A stretch of DNA of 64,000 bases from a bacterium. GTDB taxonomy: Bacteria > UBP15 > UBA6099. Under the pieces are notes generated by a model. It did not search any database and was not told the DNA's origin. It saw nothing but the letters and a program-made list of their open reading frames with translations. The DNA is taken from positions 61,044-125,043 of the forward strand of contig DAOSYA010000001.1 of assembly GCA_035380865.1 (NCBI GenBank), in the 5' to 3' direction. Made by a program: the position numbers and the translations under genes. The first letter of the stretch is position 1. Each line of letters opens with the position of its first letter. Below are positions 56,480 to 64,000 of the stretch, piece by piece.

Positions 56480-57400
56480 TTGAGTGATAAATTGGATCAG
56501 AAAATCAGAATTCCTCTCAGGAAAGCGCTGTTAAAAGTTACGATGCGCTGTAATAACAGTTGCTCTTTCTGCCATGCGAGATCGCATGCAATGGTTGATG
56601 ATCCATCACTGGAAGAAGTAGGCAATAAGATTTTAGCAGCCTCAAAACTCGGGGCGGAGATGGTTGTGTTTTCCGGCGGGGAGCCTACTATCAGGAAAGA
56701 TTTTCCGGCAATTGCAAAGATAATGAAATCAATGGGGTTGCCATTTGGGATAGTAAGCAATGCCCGTATGCTGTTTTATGAAGATTATTTTAACGATCTG
56801 GCAGGCTCAGGATTAAGATATGTTCTTATATCACTGCATGGACCGAACGCTGAAATTCATAATTCCCTGACCGGTTCGGACTCATTCGACCAGACTGTGA
56901 CGGGGTTGAAAAGATGCGTGCAAGCGGGGATTAGCACCACTGTGAATTATGTTCTAACGAAGGGGAACCTCAACTGTCTGAATGAAATGGTGGATATGGT
57001 TTCTTCTTTGCCGGGAGTTGTTCTCAAATTGTCGTTTGCAGAGACCAAGGGTGCCGCTCGCGAAGGTTTCGGTGAAATTGTGCCGGATATTTCTATAGCA
57101 GCCAGGAAAGTCATGGAGGCGGTGGAATATTCAACGAGCATCAGTGATGGACGAAAGATTGTCTTGTGTGATGGATTCACGCCATGTTTGATCGATGGGT
57201 TCGAAAAGCTTAATGATGATTTGTTTACGCATGGATTCGAGTGGATGAGCGAAGTTTTTGAAGATGGTTTCTATCCTGTTGATCATGGGGCAAGAAGCCG
57301 GCCGGAAGTTTGCGAAGAGTGCGGAAAACGGGCTGAATGCCCCGGCGTTTACAGTGGTTATCTTGAACTAAAAGGAGCGGGCGAGTTCAGGCCTTTGTGA
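56480..57400 (+). CDS. radical SAM protein, MoaA/PqqE-like core with partial SPASM (twitch-like) C-terminal Cys motif
   Basis: TTG start. Core MRCNNSCSFC, FSGGEPTIRKDF and LISLHGPNAEIHNSLTG. C-terminal CEECGKRAECPG (Cx2Cx5C). Confidence 0.8.
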   Translation: MSDKLDQKIRIPLRKALLKVTMRCNNSCSFCHARSHAMVDDPSLEEVGNKILAASKLGAEMVVFSGGEPTIRKDFPAIAKIMKSMGLPFGIVSNARMLFYEDYFNDLAGSGLRYVLISLHGPNAEIHNSLTGSDSFDQTVTGLKRCVQAGISTTVNYVLTKGNLNCLNEMVDMVSSLPGVVLKLSFAETKGAAREGFGEIVPDISIAARKVMEAVEYSTSISDGRKIVLCDGFTPCLIDGFEKLNDDLFTHGFEWMSEVFEDGFYPVDHGARSRPEVCEECGKRAECPGVYSGYLELKGAGEFRPL

Positions 57401-57453
57401 CAGCGTGTTTAATCGACGCAACTATAGTATAGGTCTGACACGATAAAAAGACG

Positions 57454-60400
57454 ATGGCTGAAAAGCAGTCCAACTCGATGAATTTTCTTTATGTGACGGA
57501 GTGGTTCGGACCACAGAGAGCATGCTGCCCGCTTTTGTGTGGAGTGGAACTTCCACATGATCCCGACAGGTACATTTTCATCGGTTCATCGAACAGGCTG
57601 AAATTGTATAAAACAGATACACGCGATTTTACAGATGAAGAGATTCGATCAATAAAATTCGTAACCGGGCAGATTTATCTGGATAAAACAGGCAAAACAA
57701 ATAATCTTGATTTCAGGCGTGATATGGTGAAGCTGAACCTGAGTGAGAAATGCTCGGGTTGTGACAGAAAAGAATATTGTCCGGGATTGTTCATGCCTTG
57801 CGGCGATGCGGTTTATGATGAGTCGGAAAGGCCTGTGATTGATGCACTGAAAGAGTTGAACGGACGGGTACTCGATGTCGGCTGCGGCAGCGGGTTTTAT
57901 GACGATATTCTGAAAAAGCTTATAGACAAAGGAGTAATTGATTATCTGGGCATTGATCCTGAAATCTCGGAGAGCAGGCTGTCCGCTGGATTGAGAACAG
58001 AAAAAACCACCATTGAAGAGTTTGAAGATGAGGATGAATCGTATGATCATATACTTGTATTGAGAAGTCATAATCATTTCAGGGATGAAAGACTTGCATA
58101 CGATAAAATGGAAAGACTTCTCAAGCCCGGAGGATATCTTCTGGTAGTTGATAATACAAAATATGCTATGGTCCGGCAACCCGGATATAAAGAATCGGTT
58201 GCCGGGAATGATGCTCCGTCACAGCATTATCGAAATGATACGTCATTTGAATTGCTCGATAAAGTAAAAGACCGGCACCTTTCTGTAGAACAACACTATC
58301 CTGTAAGGGCAGATGGTTTTAATCAGTGGGTTCTCAGTTTCAAGAAGAATACAACGGAACATGTTGATGTATTGATTATCAATCCTCCGGTACGCCTTAA
58401 AAAAGACTTTGTCGATTATCCATATTACACGAATATTGGTGTATTGCAGAACGCCGCTCATTTGAAGGAAACAGGATACAGAGTGGCTTTAATTGATTCA
58501 TTTTCATTGCCTGACGGCGAGTTGACCGAGATTGAAGATGATTTTTTGAGGCTGGGGTCAGGAATTGAAAGAATAGGTAAAGAAATAGAAAGATATTCAG
58601 CAGATGTTATTTTTGTTGCAAGAAATCCGTTCAACTATGATTCAAAAGGAAATGATTTAATAACAGAATTAGTGAAGATGATACGAAAAAAAGCGTTGGA
58701 TACTCCTTTATTATATGCCGATTTTTATGTCGGGGGAATGCATTATATCGAAGAGGAAGACGAAGACATATTAAGACTTTATCCTGAATTCGACGGCCTT
58801 TTAAGATACGAATGCGAGAAGATATTGCCAGAAGCAATTGAATCGATAAAAGAAAAAGGCATTAAAAAAGTAAAGGTATGGCACGGCGATGCCGGACAGG
58901 TTGATCTTGATGAGACGGTGTTCCCGGATTGGGATATGATACATTATGAGCAGCACCAGAGAATAACAGAGCATTTTTTCAAGAAGCTCAACAGAACAAA
59001 GCATTTCTCGATCATAAGAAATACGTTCCCGTTGATGACAGGACGAAGCTGTCCATATAGTTGTGTTTTCTGCACACATGATCCGGGACAGGGCGAGAGA
59101 AGAACCTCGAATTACCGGACATATGACCTGAAAAGGATTGAAGAACATATTAACAGGCTCAAAACAGCCCATTATGCAAAAAAGCTTATAATACTTGATG
59201 AAATTGCTAATGCGAAAGAGTCTCATTTTGAAGGTTTGCTCGAAATACTGGAAAAATCAGGACTCAAATACGATTTTCCGAACGGCTTGAGGGCCGACAG
59301 GCTGAAAAAAGAGCATATCCTGAAAATGTCCGGAAGTATTGACACATTATCGGTGAGTGCAGAGAGCGGATCACAGGTGATTATCGATAATGTGATAGGC
59401 AAAAATCAGAATCTCGAAAGTATTGAGAATGTAGCAAAATGGTGTTCGGATGCGGGAGTGAGGTTGATAATCCATTACATGATCGGACTTCCCGGAGAAA
59501 CTGGAAAAGATATCAATATTACACTTGGTCATGCATTAAAAATGCATAGCGAATATGGCGCTATACCATCGGTTCAGTTTATTAATCCAATCCCGGGGAC
59601 ACACCTCTACAATAGCCTGCCTGAACAAAAAAGAGTTGGGATTAAAAACAACCGTGATATAATGTCCCATTTTTTCGATGAACCGATAAGTTGCAGTGAT
59701 GTACCCTCGTCCGATCTTGTTAAGTTCAAGGATAGTTTCGAGATGGGAAAAAGGGTAGGCAGAACGGAAAAGGTCATTATAAACCTGACGTATGAATGTA
59801 ATAACAGGTGCAGGTTCTGCGCGATAGGTTTGAGGGAGAGGAACACGCTTTCTATTGAAACGGTTAAGAAGTTTCTGGTTGATTATCGGGAAAAGGGTGT
59901 AAGGCTTGTTGATTTTGACGGCGGTGAGCCGACGCTGCACGAGAATCTTCCTGCAATAATACGAATAGCGCAGAAGCTTGGATATGAAAAAATCAATGTA
60001 ACCAGCAATGGAAGAAAATTGTCGTCTCGACCGTATGTTTCAAGACTTCTTCTGTCCGGAATCACGGATCTGCTGATATCGATTCATGGGCACACAGAAG
60101 AGATTCATGAAGCACATACTACGAAAAAAGGCAGTTTCCACGAAACATATCAGGGGATAAAAAACGTTTTGAGACTTAAGCCGGAGAGGATAGATTTTGG
60201 ATTGAACATCACGGTAACAAAAATTAATGGTCCCCGGCTATATGAGTTCGCGGAGCATTTTGCCGGGCTGGGGATAAAAAAAATCAATGTACAATTCATA
60301 ACCCCGTTCGGGAGCATAGACCGGGATATTGTGCCGGATCCGGAAGAAGTGACGCCTCAGCTCAGGAAAACAATAGACGGATTTTCGGATAAAATTCAGA

Positions 60401-60621
60401 TAAATGTCGTAAATCTGCCATTTTGTTTCATGCCGGGGTATGAGAGGTTTCTTGTGAGCGATATAGAAAAGAAGTGCAGGAACATGGTATTCGTGACGGA
60501 AGAAGATGTTAATCTAAGCGAATTTTTAAGCGGCGGGCGTAAAAGAACTGAAGAATGCGAGGATTGTTTGTATTCGATCCTGTGTGATGGTAAATATCAC
60601 TTCGACATAATAGGATTTTAG
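57454..60621 (+). CDS. 1055-aa fusion: Cys-rich N-domain + class I SAM methyltransferase + B12-type radical SAM + second MoaA/SPASM-like radical SAM
   Basis: One uninterrupted ORF. Motifs in order: CSGCDRKEYCPG; MTase motif I VLDVGCGSGFY and LKPGGYLLVVD; VDVLIINPPV Rossmann-like domain; core 1 GRSCPYSCVFC with SAESGSQVI and GLPGET; core 2 YECNNRCRFC with FDGGEPTLHENL and LISIHGHTEEIH; C-terminal CEDCLYSILCDG. Confidence 0.8.
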   Translation: MAEKQSNSMNFLYVTEWFGPQRACCPLLCGVELPHDPDRYIFIGSSNRLKLYKTDTRDFTDEEIRSIKFVTGQIYLDKTGKTNNLDFRRDMVKLNLSEKCSGCDRKEYCPGLFMPCGDAVYDESERPVIDALKELNGRVLDVGCGSGFYDDILKKLIDKGVIDYLGIDPEISESRLSAGLRTEKTTIEEFEDEDESYDHILVLRSHNHFRDERLAYDKMERLLKPGGYLLVVDNTKYAMVRQPGYKESVAGNDAPSQHYRNDTSFELLDKVKDRHLSVEQHYPVRADGFNQWVLSFKKNTTEHVDVLIINPPVRLKKDFVDYPYYTNIGVLQNAAHLKETGYRVALIDSFSLPDGELTEIEDDFLRLGSGIERIGKEIERYSADVIFVARNPFNYDSKGNDLITELVKMIRKKALDTPLLYADFYVGGMHYIEEEDEDILRLYPEFDGLLRYECEKILPEAIESIKEKGIKKVKVWHGDAGQVDLDETVFPDWDMIHYEQHQRITEHFFKKLNRTKHFSIIRNTFPLMTGRSCPYSCVFCTHDPGQGERRTSNYRTYDLKRIEEHINRLKTAHYAKKLIILDEIANAKESHFEGLLEILEKSGLKYDFPNGLRADRLKKEHILKMSGSIDTLSVSAESGSQVIIDNVIGKNQNLESIENVAKWCSDAGVRLIIHYMIGLPGETGKDINITLGHALKMHSEYGAIPSVQFINPIPGTHLYNSLPEQKRVGIKNNRDIMSHFFDEPISCSDVPSSDLVKFKDSFEMGKRVGRTEKVIINLTYECNNRCRFCAIGLRERNTLSIETVKKFLVDYREKGVRLVDFDGGEPTLHENLPAIIRIAQKLGYEKINVTSNGRKLSSRPYVSRLLLSGITDLLISIHGHTEEIHEAHTTKKGSFHETYQGIKNVLRLKPERIDFGLNITVTKINGPRLYEFAEHFAGLGIKKINVQFITPFGSIDRDIVPDPEEVTPQLRKTIDGFSDKIQINVVNLPFCFMPGYERFLVSDIEKKCRNMVFVTEEDVNLSEFLSGGRKRTEECEDCLYSILCDGKYHFDIIGF

Positions 60622-60720
60622 ATTTAATACCTCTTTTAAATATATTCAGATTAATTGTCTTATATGCTACAATTTATTAGATTGGTAAATTTGTGTGTCT
60701 GGATGGTCGATATAATAAAT

Positions 60721-63700
60721 ATGACATCTATGAAGCGATTTTTATACATAACTCTATCTTTTTTCCTTGTGATGATTTCGTTAATCGCTATTCCCGGTGT
60801 TTCGGAGAATAACCTGAGCCGAGAATTTGAGGCCGGATGGGAGCTGGTGTCGTTCCCATTGATGATGGACGGGGAAAACCTGTGCGAGGCAATGCCATCG
60901 GCTACTGCGGTATCTATTGACGAAGGTGAATATGAAGTATGTGATGCTGATAGTGAGATTTTGATAGAAGCAGGAAGAGGATACTGGATATATCTAAAGG
61001 AAGAAATCAGTGTTCCCTTTACGTCAACATACAGAGTGACAACCGAGGGTGTCAGAGTTCAGCTTAAAAAGGGATGGAATCTCATAGGCTCTCCGTCCAG
61101 TCTGGGTGTTGAATGGAACGATGACATATTGATAGATGGAGCAGAACTCAGTAAGTCCTCGAAGGTAAACCGGCTTCTTCTGAAATATGATGCGGTAAAT
61201 AGAAAGTATGTTGTGTCTGATTCAATGGAACCATGGGAAGGTTATGCGATGTATGCATACGAGCCATGCGTTCTTGAGTTCAGCGAGCTTGAGCTCGGAG
61301 ATTTATCGGCGCGAACTGTTGCGAGAGAAGAAATTGTTATAGATCAGGAGACAGGAAAGCCGGTAGTTAAAGATCAGGTACTTGTAGAAATAGCGCAGGG
61401 TGTGACGGAAGAAGCGCTCAAGAGCCTTGTTTCGTCATTCGGGGGGACGATCGCAGGTAGGAATGCATATCTGGGGATATACCAGGTGCTGCTGCCCGAA
61501 GGGACTGACATTGAAACAGTCACAGAGTTGTTAAAAACCGGAAACACGGTGAAATCTGTTGCGAAGCATGCGGTATTGAAATCGTCTGATTTGATACCGC
61601 TTGATCCGCCGTATGAAGAGGGCGCGGATTCTTTGCAGAAACAGCCGTTTTATCGAATAAAGGCAAACAAGATCTGGGGCGCATACAGTTTCGATTACGA
61701 TCCTGTGGTGGCGGTAGTGGATTCGGGGGTAAGCGCTGAAAGCGAAGATCTTTCCGGAAGACTCGTTGCGGGAGTTACATATGTTGGGGAAGATAATCCC
61801 GCGACGGTTGATGATAACGGTCATGGAACTCACGTTGCCGGGATAATCGCAGCGATTCCGAATAATTTCAAGGGCATAGCAGGGGTGTGTTGGAACTGCC
61901 GGATAATGCCTGTGAAGGTTTGTGACTCGGAAGGCAACTGTCCTTTTTATGGTGTTATGAATGGAATTACGTATGCTGCAAGAAATGGAGCTGATGTAAT
62001 AAATCTCAGCATTGAGGGAGAAGCGGAGCCGGGTTCGGATGAATGGGAAATATTCCAGAACGTAATAGATTACGCGGCTGAAAAAAACGTATTTGTAGCA
62101 GCGGCGGCGGGGAACAGCGCGAAGAACGCGGTGAATACAATTCCCGCAGCGCTGGACGGCGTTTTTGCCGTTGGATCTATAGCCGCCGATGACAGCCGAT
62201 CTGTTTTTTCTAATTTCGGCGACAGCGTCGATATCGCAGCTCCGGGTGAAGATGTGTTTTCGCTTGAACCGGGCGGCGCGACCGGGTACAGGGAAGGAAC
62301 ATCTGCGGCTGCGGCTTTTGTCTCGGGTGCGGCGGCTCTGTTCAAAAGCCTGATTCCCGGGATTACCCCACAGGAAATTGAGAATAAACTGAAAAGCGGT
62401 GCCGATGAAGTTGCCGGGCTTGATACCGGCGCAGGAGTCCTGAATCTTGAATCGGCTTTTGCGGAATATGAGAGCAGCAATGTTGCTCCGGTGATACTTA
62501 ATATCCAGGCGATACCGTACACGGTATATCCCGGCGGGTCTGCGGATGTGATCGCAAAAGTGGTGGATCCGAACGGGGATGCGATCGAGTATGACTGGGA
62601 ATGTTCGGGCGGAACCCTGAACTCCGTTTCAGATGGCAGGGTGCTATGGGGCTCGCCTGAAAAGCGAGGCGAATACATAATCAGCCTGGGTGCGGGAGAC
62701 GGCAAGGGAGCAGTCGCTACGGCGTCCGTGTCGATAGTATCCGGACTCGACGACATGATAACGATGTCGCTGAAACCGACCGGGAAATACGTTCATGTCG
62801 GAGACATAGTTACGCTGGAAGTCGTCGGCGAATTCATGGATGCGTTTTTCAGACCGGTTCAGGCCGTGTGGGAAATGAACAGTCCGCACGGTGTGATAAC
62901 ATGGGGCGGTGAGTTCACAGCGCTTTCGCCCGGCGATGCATTAATAACAGCGCATGCCGGAGAGCATACGGGCAATTATGTGATCCATGTTCTCGAAGCG
63001 GGAGAGGAGCCGCCCGCGCTTACCCTGTCGAATTTTGCAGCCCCCAATCCGCCGGGAACGAATATATATCTGGGCGACCTTTCAGGTGAGCAGATTGTGA
63101 TGGGAGATGTCGATAACGATGGTTACAACGATGTAATAATAGGAGAGAACGGTTCACAGAACCTGGTATATCTCAACAATGGTGATGGCACATTTGCAGC
63201 AGCGATAACGCTGAGCCAGAGTTGCCAAACAAAGAATATGGACCTTGCCGATATTGATGCGGACGGCAACCTCGATCTTGCGGAAGCGTGTTTCGCGAAC
63301 GGAGGTGTCAACGTATATCTTGGCAACGGCAACGGTACTTTCACATATGACGCTAATTATTGCGCGGGTTGCAGCGCTTCGGCTGTAAATTTAGCCGATA
63401 TGAACAACAACCTGAGATACGATATGGTTGTAGGAGTATCGAACAATGGGCAGAGCAACCGGATATTTTATGGTAACGGGGATGGGACATTTAATGCCGT
63501 TGGAGATGCAGTAGGGTCCGCGCTGGATACCTGGGCGCTCAAAACCGGATATTTTGATGATGACGATTATCTTGATTTTGTAGAAGCAAATTATAACGAT
63601 CTGGCAAAATTATATGTTTATAACACTACGACGGAGACTTATGATCTCGAGTGGCAATCCGCAGCCAATCTTTTCCCGTACACACTCGAAGTCGCGGAAA

Positions 63701-64000
63701 TACGTGGTTATAACTCAGGTGAATGCGAGGGGGATTGGGACTTTATTGTAGTATATCATGCAGGTGGTTCGCGATTCATAATTTACAGGGTCCGGGCAAG
63801 CGATTTGAACATAACATCGTTCGGCCTTGCGGATTCGGGTACCGAGCCGGAATTTTACAATATAGCGGTCGGTGATCTTTCTAACGACAATATGCCCGAT
63901 GTTCTGCTGATGACGAATGACGCCGAACCGGGCCAGATGTGGGGGCATGATGCGCTCTCCGCGCCCGGCTGGTGCGGTTCGAATGTCAAAAAGCTTACTT
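60721..64000 (+). CDS. secreted subtilisin-family (S8) serine protease with I9-like propeptide, Ig-like domains and FG-GAP/VCBS repeats; 3' end outside window
   Basis: Not in the supplied track because no stop lies inside the window. I read all codons from 60721 to 64000 in frame and found no stop. Signal peptide MKRFLYITLSFFLVMISLIAIPG (ATG 60730 is an alternative start). Catalytic triad VAVVDSGV (D at 61720), HGTHVAG (H at 61822) and GTSAAAAFVSGAAAL (S at 62302). FG-GAP-like units DVDNDGYNDVIIGENG...NGDGTF and DIDADGNLDL...GNGNGTF. Confidence 0.85.
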   Translation, partial: MTSMKRFLYITLSFFLVMISLIAIPGVSENNLSREFEAGWELVSFPLMMDGENLCEAMPSATAVSIDEGEYEVCDADSEILIEAGRGYWIYLKEEISVPFTSTYRVTTEGVRVQLKKGWNLIGSPSSLGVEWNDDILIDGAELSKSSKVNRLLLKYDAVNRKYVVSDSMEPWEGYAMYAYEPCVLEFSELELGDLSARTVAREEIVIDQETGKPVVKDQVLVEIAQGVTEEALKSLVSSFGGTIAGRNAYLGIYQVLLPEGTDIETVTELLKTGNTVKSVAKHAVLKSSDLIPLDPPYEEGADSLQKQPFYRIKANKIWGAYSFDYDPVVAVVDSGVSAESEDLSGRLVAGVTYVGEDNPATVDDNGHGTHVAGIIAAIPNNFKGIAGVCWNCRIMPVKVCDSEGNCPFYGVMNGITYAARNGADVINLSIEGEAEPGSDEWEIFQNVIDYAAEKNVFVAAAAGNSAKNAVNTIPAALDGVFAVGSIAADDSRSVFSNFGDSVDIAAPGEDVFSLEPGGATGYREGTSAAAAFVSGAAALFKSLIPGITPQEIENKLKSGADEVAGLDTGAGVLNLESAFAEYESSNVAPVILNIQAIPYTVYPGGSADVIAKVVDPNGDAIEYDWECSGGTLNSVSDGRVLWGSPEKRGEYIISLGAGDGKGAVATASVSIVSGLDDMITMSLKPTGKYVHVGDIVTLEVVGEFMDAFFRPVQAVWEMNSPHGVITWGGEFTALSPGDALITAHAGEHTGNYVIHVLEAGEEPPALTLSNFAAPNPPGTNIYLGDLSGEQIVMGDVDNDGYNDVIIGENGSQNLVYLNNGDGTFAAAITLSQSCQTKNMDLADIDADGNLDLAEACFANGGVNVYLGNGNGTFTYDANYCAGCSASAVNLADMNNNLRYDMVVGVSNNGQSNRIFYGNGDGTFNAVGDAVGSALDTWALKTGYFDDDDYLDFVEANYNDLAKLYVYNTTTETYDLEWQSAANLFPYTLEVAEIRGYNSGECEGDWDFIVVYHAGGSRFIIYRVRASDLNITSFGLADSGTEPEFYNIAVGDLSNDNMPDVLLMTNDAEPGQMWGHDALSAPGWCGSNVKKLT

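Noticed and set aside
56344-57453. RiPP precursor peptide next to the SPASM-type rSAM genes (also searched 60622-60720)
   Set aside because: The intergenic segments hold no short ORF with a ribosome-binding site. The only ATG in 60622-60720 is in frame with, and continuous with, the S8 protease ORF.
62070-62756. 228-aa minus-strand ORF, the only sizeable ORF listed for this region
   Set aside because: It is antisense to the unlisted plus-strand S8 protease frame, which carries a full catalytic triad. The composition (Ser/Ala/Pro-rich) fits a shadow frame.

Overview
Bacterial chromosomal window with no rRNA, CRISPR array, transposase or integrase. All calls come from reading the supplied translations and the DNA by eye; no homology search was run, so family names rest on remembered motifs. 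About 0-29.7 kb and 44-48 kb are ordinary housekeeping. These hold purD (5' partial), a class V aminotransferase, serA, rpsA, coaE and a SIS protein. A minus-strand block follows: tRNA-Cys, tRNA-Val, infC, rpmI, rplT, a TrmH-like gene, pheS and pheT. After it come an AlkP-family protein, MoeB/ThiF, a sugar phosphotransferase, glycerate kinase, a GT2, an RDD protein, lysA, a CCA-family nucleotidyltransferase, an M50 protease, scpA-scpB, larE-larB-degV, hppA and murA. Two accessory blocks stand out. Block A (29.7-44.1 kb) has four B12-binding radical SAM (rSAM) genes and one multi-cluster, zinc-knuckle rSAM that resembles the archaeal tetraether synthase family. These are interleaved with a DPM1-like GT2, a GT-C (ArnT/PMT-like) membrane protein and two polytopic membrane proteins with C-terminal beta-propeller-like domains. 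Block B (48.2-64 kb) has a DUF115/Maf-like protein, a TPR protein, a GH38 alpha-mannosidase and a NicO-type Ni/Co transporter with a very long His-rich loop. It also has a sugar-phosphate nucleotidyltransferase, a SPASM/twitch-type rSAM and a 1055-aa single-ORF fusion of methyltransferase, B12-type rSAM and a second rSAM. It ends with a large secreted S8 protease that runs off the window and is therefore missing from the supplied ORF track. In total, seven genes within 31 kb carry eight intact CxxxCxxC cores. My best candidate for an undescribed system is this rSAM-dense envelope or lipid-tailoring locus, above all the operon at 39776-44066 and the fusion at 57454-60621. Other items are a roughly 750-bp array of degenerate hairpin repeats (7.8-8.55 kb) and a hairpin-rich 450-bp spacer upstream of hppA.
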